Shown in pieces: positions 1 to 12,122 of a stretch of 64,000 nucleotides of DNA. Location: the NCBI GenBank assembly GCA_002189035.1, contig NEEC01000012.1, positions 2,232,001 through 2,296,000 on the forward strand, in the 5' to 3' direction. Numbering within the stretch: position 1 is the stretch's first letter; each line of letters begins with the position of its first letter. The notes beneath the pieces are model-generated. The model made no database searches. It was not told the DNA's origin and was given only the letters and a program-made list of their open reading frames with translations. Source of the DNA: Utricularia gibba (Eukaryota > Plantae > Magnoliophyta). Position numbers and translations under genes: made by a program.

Positions 1-642
1 GAAATATTAAAAAAAAAAAACTTTTTAGCATGTGTCGAAAATGCCCTCAGCTACGGAGGGCAGCCCGGGAATTTCACATCGGATAACCTTAGCGTTGCGC
101 CTACGTGCGCTAGCTTCCATGTACATGCCTTAGAGTATTATTAATTAATTAATGAAATTTGGAAAACGTGGGACTGGGAGGCTGTTGTAGATCGACGGTC
201 CAGATTGCGCGTAACGTTGTAAAGTTGTTTCCTTGTGTCACTCTGGTTTTTTGTGTTTTTTTTTTCTCTGGAAGTTGTTTTTCTGATTGGAGCATGGAGG
301 GGGGAAGGAAAAAAGACAAAGTTGCTATAAATGAGTCTCCATTATTTGACTCCAGCTCTTTTTTTACTACTGTTCACATGCTCGTGTGGTGTGTATATAA
401 TAGAGAGGCTACTACTTTTTTCTTTCTCCCCAATCAATGGATAGGGACTGACCAATCTGGGTGTTTTTAGTTCATAAACTGAGAGTTTTCTTCACTTGCA
501 TCGCTTTCAAGCAACACCCACTTCGGTTTTGTTTCCGATATCAGAATAAAAAAGATCACTTTTTTGTTTCGGGGTTGTTGTTTTTGGGTCTTCAGGTGTT
601 TTTAGAAAGCGACTTGTGGGTGGTTTTTTTCAAACTAGTGGT

Positions 643-3023
643 ATGACCGCAGAGAAATTGATGGATGGTTTTGAGGAATATCCTCGGTGTCTTCGTGTTC
701 TTGCTGTGGATGATGATCCGATTTGTTTGAAGTTGTTGAAGGCTCTCCTTGAAAAATGTCAATACCAAGGTATGGCCGTTGGTTCGGTGATTGTGTTTCG
801 AGATTCGTTTTTGGGTTTTCTTTCCTGGCTTTGTTTGAGAATATCGGAATCTTCGATGGTCTGAAGTTGGAGGTTGTAAAAAGTTGAACAATCGTTCAGT
901 TGTGTTGTTAAATCGCACGTTCTAGTGCATTTTAGTGATGGGTAAACTATGTATTTTGACAAGCTTCTGTTTCTGTAGTTCTTGTTTTTTTCTGCAAGGA
1001 TGATAAGCCTATGTAGTGTTTGTCTTTTTGTAAATGTCTATGAAGTTGAGTTATTTACATATGTGTATGAAGTTGAAACTGCGAATCAAGCAAGAGTGGC
1101 ATTGAAGATGCTGCGAGAAAACAAGGATAGATTTGACTTGGTGATCAGTGATGTCCATATGCCAGACATGGATGGCTTTAAGCTCTTGGAACTTGTTGGC
1201 TTAGAGATGGATCTTCCTGTTATCAGTATGCTACCCTCTCCCTTCATTCGCACTCCCATCTTTCTCTCTTTCCTGCGAAGCTACAAATGTTTCAGTTCTT
1301 GATGCTCTTGATTTCACAGTGCTATCTGCAAATAGTGATCCCAAGCTGGTGCTTAAAGGAGTTACCCACGGTGCATGTGATTATCTGGTTAAACCAGTCC
1401 GAATCGAGGAGCTGCGCAACATATGGCAACATGTGATCCGAAGAAGGAAGCTTGATCCAAGAGCCACCAGACCAGGCTCAGTGATCAAGCTAAAGCAGTT
1501 CAGCAAAATGGCGGTGCCCATTCCTTTGTCCATGAAAACCAGGATGTGAGCGTTAACCGCAAGCGGAAAGATGATGATGATGACTCCGAAGGTGATGATC
1601 CTGCATCCCAGAAGAAGCCTCGGGTCGTCTGGTCGATGGTCCTTCATAGGAAGTTCGTTGCAGCAGTGAACCAATTGGGATATGACAGTAAACACTTCTT
1701 CTCATTGCTTCATTTGCTATGCATTTACTGCAGCATTTCTGTTGTGTAACTCCTCCATTTGTTCCCAATGCAGAAGCTGTTCCTAAGAGGATTCTTGACT
1801 TGATGAACGTTGAAGGTCTTACACGTGAAAATGTAGCCAGCCATCTTCAGGCACTCACCTTGTCCATTCCTCGATTAGCTGCCATTCTTTCTTGCGTTTC
1901 TTCTTCTTGATCATTCGTGTTTGATGTTGCAGAAGTATAGACTCTACCTGAAACGAATCAACTCAGATGCAAAGCAAGCTGCAGCTCTGAATCCTCATTG
2001 CATTCCACCCTATGCTGCCAGTCTTGGAGACATGTATTTCTCTGCAGCAGGAAGGCTTGGAACTCCTGTTGTTTCACCTTACCCAACTGGAGGAATCCTC
2101 GGCCGACCAGATGCATCTTCTTCAAGTTTAGGCAGCATTCGTGGCCTTGCGCCGCCGTCCCTGATCCAACCGAGCCATGCTCGAAACGTTAATGGCCTAA
2201 GCAGAGCACTTTCCGGCCTCCCACAAATGCCACAGAATCCAAGCTTATTCCCAGGATCTTTGACCATGGATCAGTTTCAGATGAACAAGCATGCTCCGGA
2301 TATTGTGAATATCGATCATTCCCCAGTTTACGAAGCTTCCAGCTTGCTCAACGGGCAAAGAGACACTACTGGAGGCTTCAGGAGCCATACATCTCACAAT
2401 GTTGCTACTTTCAGTCTTGGTGCTTCCACCGCCCCAATCCTGCACGATCCTCTCTCGCCCAAACCGCAGCAGAGTTCTCTGGCTGATGTTCCTTTCCATT
2501 CCCAGCTGCCAGTGAACAGCAAAGGAGATACTGACTTCCCTTATTTCCAGAATGAAGCTAACCATTTACTGAATCCTGCTCAGGCAACAAACCTGAGTTG
2601 GGGAGTGCAGGGGCTGGACTGCAACCTTGGTGCCTCTTCTAACTACAGCATCGGAATCACAACTCCAACCACAAGCGCTTTCACAAGCGTTCAGCCAGCA
2701 GGAGGCCCTCCAACCCTAGTGCAGCACACCACCAACAGAAGCTCTGCAGCAGAAACCAGAACCATGGCAAATGAAGCCTTTGCAATGGGGCAAACCAAGA
2801 TACCAGACGAGAATGCCACTCGGGGCTACGACCCTTTTGATGAAGTGGTTACCGCAATGACCAAACGGGTACGAATTCCACCATCCTATCCCTCTGATCC
2901 TTCAAACTCTCCATAGCACCTGATCTTTTGCTTCTTGCTCTGTGCATTCATGGCCCTTAGGAAGAACATGAGGCCGTGCGAAGCTGCGAGTTCGAGTTCG
3001 ACGACTACTCCTTCGGATTGTGA
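643..3023 (+). CDS. Type-B response regulator (receiver + GARP/Myb-like domain; ARR1/ARR12-like), 6 exons, apparent 1-bp frameshift near 1460
   Basis: Exons read at 643-769, 1073-1225, 1320-1687, 1774-1850, 1933-2868, 2961-3023. Receiver motifs [33 protein letters not shown]; GARP motifs [21 protein letters not shown] and [18 protein letters not shown]. Summed exon length is 1724 nt, one short of a multiple of 3. Confidence 0.92.
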
Positions 3024-3978
3024 GGTGGGAACTTGCTGCTGATATGGGATCAGTTCTGATAATCACCTTGTCTGTCTTGTTACATAGTTTTTCTATGGGA
3101 AACTCCTCTGGAAAGTAGGGACTTGGAGAATTTTGATCATTGCACTCAGCCATAACACACAACACAAATAAACATTCCAATCCTAACAACACACACCTTA
3201 ATTTTAATCAGTAATTTTTTTTTATTCTCAAAGATAAAATCATTATATATACTTAAATATGATCACAAAATTTAAATGATATTTATACTATATAATTTTG
3301 TAAAATATTAAATAGACTAGCTACACACTTATATTACGACTACTGAATGCATGGTCCTTTTGTGTAATTTGAAATTGTTATGATTCAAATTATGTAAAAT
3401 ACAATCAATTTTAAAATTATGTGAATAAATAGTACAATTTTTTAATTAATCTATTATTTAATATCTGAAACATAAATTCAGTAACTTAATTTCAAGAAAT
3501 TAATAAAACCAAATAGACTCATTAGTTTCCCACATATATGTTTATTGTTATAGTTTTTTAATATTTTAATGATAAATTGCATTATTTCTAATAATTCTAA
3601 TGATTAATGTTTAATTTATTTGAAACATCTGTCATATTGTTAAAGATGTCGGGTATGAGATAACATATATAATACTTTAAATTGTCAAATATGACGAATT
3701 AAATATGATATTCAGTATCTTAAACAATTAAAAATCATGAATCACTCATGAAAGCGATTCTCTATCCAAAACGGTTCAATCATGATTTCGTTAAATTCCA
3801 AAATTTGATTTTTAATAAATAATATTAATATTTTAAAACTATATCGTGTACTATTCAATCATATTACCTTGATATTTTTAAATATAATAAAGTAGAACAT
3901 GTTATACTTGTCTATGTGTACAATTAAACAGAGATAAAAAGAAATGTAGATAAAAAATATATCGTAAGTTGATGAGTA

Positions 3979-4199
3979 TTCTGAAAAATTTTTGGAACAT
4001 ATTTTTATTTTTCAAAATTTTTTTAGAAAATTATAAATAAAAAATAAAATTAAATAATTACTTAAATTTTCAAAAATAATTTTTGTAGTATAATTTCAAA
4101 AATATTTTTTGAAAAAATTATTTTTATAATTAATATTATTTTTTAAAAAATTATTTTTACTTTTGAAAAATAAAAATATACTTTAAAAATTTTCCAGAA
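3979..4199. mobile_element. AT-rich fold-back (MITE-like) element, copy 1
   Basis: Starts TTCTGAAAAATTTT and ends AAAATTTTCCAGAA (imperfect inverted ends). The right end closely matches the reverse complement of about 20795-20845. Confidence 0.5.
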
Positions 4200-5152
4200 G
4201 ACACGTTTAGTGTGTATTGGAGTAATGGTATGGTTTTACCAAATGTAACTTGTAATAATATCCTCCATTGATCACGTGACTGAAGGGAGGGGAAGCCGCG
4301 GCGGAGAGCCATAGATTCATTGCAATTTCACCACAATTTACATGGTTCTCTCCATCTTCGTTCTTTCGCTCCTTCTTGTTTCTGCAATCGGCGACGGCGG
4401 CCGTCACTGAAGATCTCTTTACGATTGCCGTAGTTGCTCTTCGTATCGGTACGAAGCTTTCTGACTGAAGATCTGTTCGTTTCTTTTTTGAGAAAGACTG
4501 AAGATCGGTTTTCGAAAAACGGCTAATCCGAATCCGATTTTTTTTTTTTTTGAATCTTTTCCTCTTCTCCTGTCCTCGATCTCCGTGATATTACTGTTTT
4601 GGAGGTGCGATCTCTAGCTGCTTGCTCTTCCTGGTCGTTGATTTGTTTTTTTATTTAAAATTTTTTTTGGGAATAACTGATGAGTGTCTGGGTGATGGGC
4701 AGCTGTCTCTCTGTTGTGTTATGTTTGTCTCATGTTTGGTAAATTTTTTAGGCGTTCGTGAATTTGAGTCCTATGTTTGGGAGAAAGTTGCAATATCCTA
4801 CTTTGAAGGTTCATGGAAGCCTTTTGAAGCTAATTAGTTCATTTATGTTTATTTTTTTTTTGTTGATTTTTGGCGATTTTAAACAACTGAAAATGGGGTT
4901 GTGTATTTGTTGCAATCACTGCCTTTTTTTGTGAAGCATTCATCTTTCCTCTTTCACTATGTTGCCTGTTCATCCAGTTGCTGCCTTTTACTTTTATTTT
5001 CTGATATGGGATTGAATGTTGTTCCACAAGGTGATGAATTTAAGCTCCTTTTGCTGGTCACAGGTTAAAGTCTTATGCTTTGTCAAATTATGTAATTGAA
5101 GATTCTCAAGAGCAGGTGGGATTTGAGTGGCTGGTGAGTTGCATGGGTGACG

Positions 5153-8100
5153 ATGCCAGAATTGCGTAGAGGAGCAAGGAGATCAAAACGGCTTGGAGAT
5201 CTTCAATCTAATCCTCAGCCAGAAAACCAAGAACTGAATTTTCTTCCAGCTTCTCAGAATAGAACCACGAGAAGAGGTAGAGGAAGAGGAAATGCCTCTG
5301 CTGTAGCGAAAGGCCCTTCTTTCGCTACACCTTCTAGGCCAGCTCCAGCTGGTAGAGTCAGGGGTGTTCGATTGATTGATTTGGACCCACAAGCACCTTG
5401 CGAGGTTCTTCCGCAAACTGTTGGAGGAAGGGCCGGGGACCAGGCTTTGAATAAAGTAGAAGGCGTTGCAGATAAAGAAGTTGGCATGGATGGTGGAAGT
5501 GCTGAAAAAATTATTGGAGTTGAAGAAGAAGCAAGTACAACTCCTGTTCCTGACAGGGTAAAATCTTGTTACCTTGCTTCTTTTTCTGGGCCGCTTGTGT
5601 AATAGTTTGGATACATGAAAAATATTGATGATAGCACCTGTCTTTGTTAATAATGTATGCCACTTTGTTTGCTAATTTTATATCATTTCGCTGTTCCAGG
5701 TACAGGTGGGCAATTCCCCTGTTTACAAAACTGAAAGAAAATTAGGCAAGGGTGGATTTGGCCAAGTTTATGTTGGTAGAAGAGTAAGTGGTGGCACAGA
5801 ACGAACAGGACCAGATGCTTTAGAGGTATTTCCATCTTTGTGTATTTGATAGTTCAAGGTTTTGAACATCTCTGGGTTTACAGAACTCTGATTTGTGTCG
5901 TATCTACCAATATCAATGCAAAAACGCTAACTCCTTACAGGTAGCATTGAAGTTTGAACACCGTAACAGTAAAGGCTGCAACTATGGCCCTCCATACGAG
6001 TGGCAGGTGTACAAGTAAGGTTTTTTAGCTTTCTATCTAGCATAATATTTTTGCACTCCATGGATTCAGTATTTTCACTTGAATCCCTTCCTGCAGTACC
6101 TTAAATGGATGCTATGGTATTCCGTCAGTTCACTACAAGGGTCAACAAGGAGACTTTTATATTTTGGTGAGTTTATAACCTTGAACTTCCTGCAAACACT
6201 GCGGTTTTTAACTATTCATTCCCAGGTAATGGACATGCTTGGACCGAGTCTCTGGGATGTCTGGAGTTCTTTAGGCCAATCGTAAGTTATCCCTCTATGT
6301 TTAGCAAACGGTTACTTAATCATATTTAAAATATAATAGCTGAGATTCTGCAACAGGATGTCACCAAATATGGTAGCGTGCATTGCAGTGGAAGCAATCT
6401 CTATTCTTGAAAAGCTGCACCTTAAAGGGTTTGATATTCATACTGAATCTAAGATATCGATTTCATAATACTCATAGTCTACATTCCCCTTTAAAGATAA
6501 TCATTTTCTTTTGGCGTTTTTTGTGTCTAATCCAGATTTGTTCATGGAGATGTGAAGCCTGAGAACTTTCTATTGGGTCAGCCTGGAACTGTTGAAGATA
6601 AAAAGCTTTATCTTATTGATCTTGGACTGGGTACTTCTTCCCTCTCTACCCTAGCCCTTCCCGCCCCAATCTAACCATCTATAAGTTGACATACCTTTTC
6701 TGGTTTTGAGCTCTCATGATTAATGTGATCTCAGCTTCAAGGTGGAAGGATTCATCATCAGGTCAGCATGTTGAGTATGATCAAAGACCCGACATATTTA
6801 GGTTTGTTTGTTCCTTTTTCTGGGTCGGTTAATTGAGCAATGTAGGCATTTGGTCTTTTAATCACTGTTAGTTTTCTGCAGAGGCACGATACGGTATGCA
6901 AGTGTGCATGCTCACTTGGGACGTACAGGGAGCAGAAGAGATGACCTTGAGTCATTAGCATACACGTTGATATTTCTCATCAAGGGGAGGCTCCCATGGC
7001 AAGGCTATCAGGTTACTGAATCACAAACCGAATTGCTTGAGATGTTAATATTGCATGAGTATAGCTTGTGTTTTTGTCTCTCTGATCCAATTTCCCCATT
7101 TGGCTTTCCTTTTAACACAATGATCAGGGGGAGAATAAGAGTTTCCTAGTATGCAAGAAGAAAATGGCCACCTCTCCAGAATTGATGTGCTGCTTTTGCC
7201 CTGCACCATTCAAACAATTCCTTGAGGCCGTTACTAATATGAAGTTTGATGAGGAGCCACATTATTCCAAGCTAATATCACTCTTTGAGAGTCTCATTGA
7301 GCCATGCACATCTCTGAGACCAATACGCATTGATGGGGCTCTTAAGGTAATTTTCCAACGGTAACCAGTTGGTTGAATCAACATACCTGAAGTCCTTTAT
7401 TTTGTCTTGAGCATGTGGTATTTGTTGCTGAAGGTTTTTGCTCTGACCTTTTTTGGCATATGAATCAGGTTGGTCAAAAACGTGGGAGGTTGCACATTAA
7501 TCTAGAAGATGATGAGCAGCCAAAAAAGAAAGTACGGATGGGTAGTCCCGCTACTCAATGGATTTCAGTGTACAATGCACGTCGCCCAATGAAGCAGAGG
7601 TTATTCTTTAACTCATGTTTTTTTCAGGTGCAAGGGGTGGATTTTTCAGTTTGCAAATTTCTGAAAAAGTGCTGTGGTCAGGAAATTTTCTCATTTTTCA
7701 TTGATGATTTTGGAGGCCCCATAATAAATTTATTGATATCAAGTTCTTGCATACGTAGTGGAATACCGAAGGTGTTTTGTGGTGTTGTTCATTGATGGCG
7801 TGTTTCTGCCCATTGCATAATTTCTTGCTTGTGTTGCCGTACTAAATGGCTGCAGATAAAAGAAATTTTTCTAACAAGCTTTATCTGCATTAGGATAGCT
7901 GTAAAGCATTTTTTTTTTTTACTATTGAATGCAAATTCTAAGCTCGACCATCTGAGAAGTTTAAGTTGTAAGGTTGCTGTTTTGTGTCTTCTGTTGAAGT
8001 GAGTTTTGCTGCTTCAGAGCTAGTTATTAACAACTCTTTCGAAAAGAAAAGATGAAAACTTTTGGACAGTGTTCTATTTTCTGTGATGTATGTATGGAAA

Positions 8101-9371
8101 CTTTTTCTTTTACCAGGCATTATTGTGCTTCTGTTGCGTATTTGTCCCATGCCTGATCATGATAGCCTGTATTTTTCTGGCAGATATCACTATAATGTTG
8201 CAGACTCCAGACTTCGCCAACATGTTGACAAGGGAAACGAAGACGGCTTGTATATTAGCTGTGTGGCTTCAGCCGGAAACCTTTGGGCTTTGATAATGGA
8301 TGCTGGAACTGGCTTTAGTTCCCAGGTGTACGAATTGTCGACTGTATTTCTTCACAAGGTTGGTTTTAAATGATTTGGTCTGATTGGCTCTGTGATTTAT
8401 TTTCAATCCTATGTTTTCTTAATGATCTTATTCTCTTCTAGGATTGGATTATGGAACAGTGGGATAAGAACTACTACATAAGTTCTATAGCTGGTGCTGC
8501 TAATGGAAGTTCGCTGGTAGTCATGTCCAAAGGTGAGGAGAGGCTTTATTACAATAAAAAAATCCTGCTTCATTTAGTTTGCTGTGTTTGCAACTATTAA
8601 ATTGCCTTCTGTCAGTGTTCCTCTTGAGGCTCAACCTTATTTTGTGTCTACTTGTAGGAACTCCTTACACTCAGCAGTCGTACAAAGTTAGCGAATCGTT
8701 TCCTTTCAAATGGATTAATAAAAAGTGGAAAGAAGGTTTCCATGTAACCTCGATGACCACAGCTGGTAGTCGCTGGGGTGTTGTCATGTCTAGAAACTCC
8801 GGATACACAGAGCAGGTAAGCCTCATTCTGCTCCAGCAACACAATTCATCTTTCGTTTCCTTTTCATTTGTTTCGAGAAATCTATCGACCAATTCCGATT
8901 CTTTCTTTTTCTCTTGATTCTTTTCCGATCGAGATGTATAGATCCTGTTCATGGATTAACGAAAATGTGCAAAAGCTCTATTTGCCTCTGCCATTTTTCT
9001 TATTTTCACATATGCTAATGGATGGATCTCACATAGGTGGTCGAGCTTGATTTCCTGTATCCCAGCGAGGGCATTCACCGGCGCTGGGAAAGTGGCTACC
9101 GCATAACCTCCATGGCTGCTACTACCGATCAAGCGGCATTCATCCTCAGCATCCCTCGTCGTAAAATGATGGATGAGACCCAAGAGACACTACGGACATC
9201 AGCATTCCCTAGCACTCATGTAAAGGTACCTTTTTTAGCATTCCCAAGCAAGGTTTTTCATTCTGGGTCTGCACGGATCTTGATTCACCAGAAAATCATC
9301 ATAATTCACAGGAGAAATGGGCGAAGAATCTGTACATTGCGTCTATATGCTATGGGCGTACTGTTTGCTGA
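5153..9371 (+). CDS. Plant-specific casein kinase 1-like protein (MUT9-like kinase / PPK / AEL / HD16-like), 16 coding exons
   Basis: N-terminus [13 protein letters not shown]. Kinase motifs [54 protein letters not shown]. Family C-terminus YHYNVAD..., [25 protein letters not shown]. Exons join in frame with GT-AG sites. Confidence 0.96.
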
Positions 9372-10198
9372 AGTGAAGGGCCAAAGGTGGTATGTGTTAT
9401 GTAATCTTTTACCTACGACCTGTTACTGCTTTCTAGTTCCTGTATCCCCTTCCTTTTCAAAAATGGAGGGGTTTGGATGTTGCAACTCCATGGAAAACAG
9501 CTTTTGATTCTTGAATATACCAAGGGACTTTTGCTTTCAAGTTCCTGTATCCCCTCTCATGTAGTGTTTTGGTTTCACAGTTTAGGTCTTGTTTTTCCAC
9601 AGGAATTTATAATAAATATAATTCAATTAATGATGTATTTGAAATGTAAAATTGAAATTTTATTTATATAAAAGTTTTGAAATTTTCATTTAAATTTTAT
9701 TGTATTTAATAAGTGTATTTAAAATAGATGAAAAGAACACATTAAAATTTAGTTAATTAAAAAAAATATTTATAGTAATTTCTAAAATAACTGAAGGTAT
9801 ATATAAATAAATTTATCGAACACAATTTTAAATATTTTAGAACTGGATCGATAATATTTTTAATTAAAAATATTCCTAATAACACCTAAAAACAGCATTT
9901 TTTTTGTGTGGGGGAAGAAATGATGAGTCGGATCGGCGTCACTCTTCGCTGGTTAAAAGTGACGACTTTTGTGGGGAGGAGAAATTCATGCGTTTTTGCA
10001 GAGTTGCCCCTCTATTCCGTCGAAATATCATTTGTGACCACAAACATAACCTAGTCTGATTGACACTAAAACCCTAGCATTAGTTCTCTCTTACCTACCT
10101 CGGAAATCGCTGCGTTCTGTCGCTGCAAAATTTTGAGCTTTGCCCTTTTTCGGACAAGAAATTTTGTGGGCTTTGGTGGGAGGCTCTGTTCTCGTCAA

Positions 10199-11468
10199 AT
10201 GGAGGCGATGAAGTTGATTTATGATGTTACTGGTTCGATGAAACAGCCACTGGGCTGCGCAGTTGCTGATACTGCAGCATTAGTTGACGCCATTTACGCT
10301 GCTCAAAGGGCGCTAATCTTCTTTGTTATGCTGGTAATTTAACTACTGGACATGGGATGTTATTGTTTTTCGCTCTGATTTCTGCATTTAGGAAAGGTTT
10401 TGCTGTGAAGTGTGTTCATCCCTTGCAATGCAAGAGATATGGGCTCCACTGTCGTCACGCTCTTATCAATAGTTCGTAGTTCGACAGTAGGTGTAGCTGA
10501 GTGAAGTTGAGCCCTCATGCTAGTGTTGTCCTATTCTTTGAAGTTGAGGTCTATAAGCTTGTCTTGGGGGCTTTATGTTTGTTAGCTAAATATTCTGTTG
10601 AAATGTTGGTGGGGTTTCCTAGCTGCAAATTTGGATCTTGCGTCATAAATCGGAAGTTTACTCGTACGATTGTTGCTCTTTTCTGTTATGACATCCCTGA
10701 TTAGTACATGCCTTTTAGAAAAGAGTATCTCAATAAATTTGCACAGTTGTGATGGAAAAGTCTCATCTTTTAGAAGTTTGTTTTTCCCAGTGTCTGCTAA
10801 AGCCTGTTAAATAGAGCTTATGGCGCACATCATCCCTTTTTTTATGGTTATGTATAGGAAGATGCAGAGGAAATGACTATGCAGAGTTACGCCGAGCTGA
10901 TATTATATACTGAAATTTGTAGATTCATGAACATTCCCGAACTTTCATAATGCTCATCATTGCTGAAAGCAAGTTCCATTTTTTCTAATCTTCGTAGGCA
11001 CAGTCGCTGCTGAATCACAACGATGAACTTCCAGGCTGCATTGAGAAAGGGTAAGTTTGTTTCTTCAAGGAACACTATTTTTGTGTCTGCAGAAGACGAT
11101 ATTAACTAGCATGATTTTTTAGCAGGTTCCCAGTAGATGAACTTTTCCCCAAGGCAAAGCCTGTTCCTGAAAACCAAGATGGAAGTGAAACAGATGATGA
11201 TGATGGGGAGGAAGATGACGATGAAGATGATGACAATGGAGATGAAGAAGATGACGATGCTGGCGATGACGACTTCTCAGGTGGCGAAGAAGGTGCAGAT
11301 GATGATGCTGATCCAGATGCCAATGGCAATGAAGGCAGCAACAACGATGATGATGGGGATGATGACGATGATGGTGCTGAAGATGAGGACGGTGATGACG
11401 ACGACGAGGAGGATGAAGAGGATGAAGACGAGGATGAGGATCAACCTCCCTCCAAGAAGAGAAAGTGA
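10199..11468 (+). CDS. Small plant Asp/Glu-rich protein with hydrophobic N-terminal segment and C-terminal basic NLS-like tail (PPSKKRK); function unknown
   Basis: Exons 10199-10333, 10998-11050, 11126-11468 join in frame to give MEAMKLIY...FFVML-AQSLLNHNDELPGCIEKG-FPVDELFPKAKPVPENQDGSETDDDD...QPPSKKRK*. The last exon is a long acidic tract. Confidence 0.75.
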
Positions 11469-11689
11469 GGCGACAGTAGAACTCTGTTCCGGTAGATGTT
11501 TATGCCTATTGGGGATGCAGCAGAAGCATGAAAATTTGTGTTGTGACTTAGCCGTCTTTTTCTGACGTTTAGGATATTAATTTCTTGACATCCCAAATTC
11601 CTTATTGCAAAATTAGGGCTTAATTGGGAACAAAAGCAACAGAGAACAATTGAAACCGACAATTAATTGGGTATGGGTTAAAATGTGCT

Positions 11690-11770
11690 TGGGCCCTTGG
11701 GAAGCCCCTGTACTTCGGGGGCCCAGCGAGTGTGGGCGAGTTCGAGGTAAAAAGTGTTTTAAAACCCTAA
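11690..11770 (+). promoter_or_regulatory. Site II-like (GGCCCA/GGGCCC) plus telo-box (AAACCCTAA) module upstream of the H-protein gene
   Basis: GGGCCC at about 11690, GGGGCCCAG at about 11718, AAACCCTAA at about 11762. Site II with telo-box is an established plant promoter combination. Confidence 0.5.
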
Positions 11771-12122
11771 ACCCTCCCCAATTGGGTAATTGTGTTCTTT
11801 TGCAATTGTTGTTCTTGTACTGGATTCTGGTATTGAAGGGATAAAACAAAAGGTAATCCTTTCTCGAATTTGGATCGGCTTTTCTCATTGGGTTTGCGTC
11901 CGATTCAGTCGTTTTGATGATGTGCTTGTTGTTGGCGATCACTCTCTTCTTTATTGATTATTCTCTTTGTTGTTGGATGCAATAAATTTCTATGACACAC
12001 TGAAATCTGTGTTCTTTGGCTTCTTTCTAGTTTGACTAGTCAAGGTTACAAAGCAGCTGAGCCAGAAGAGATGACGAAGGGAGTGTGCCACGCATGTTGA
12101 ACTCGGAATCTTGTGTTTAGAC

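Noticed and set aside
9915-10060. ATGATGA ... CTGA pair resembling a C/D box snoRNA
   Set aside because: There is no terminal stem or recognisable rRNA guide, and the region is the proximal promoter of the acidic protein gene.
11102-11565. ORFs 11137-11565 (+, Met/Lys/Thr-rich) and 11102-11344 (-, poly-Ser)
   Set aside because: These are off-frame and antisense shadows of the GAT/GAA-rich acidic exon, whose real frame begins at an acceptor (11126).
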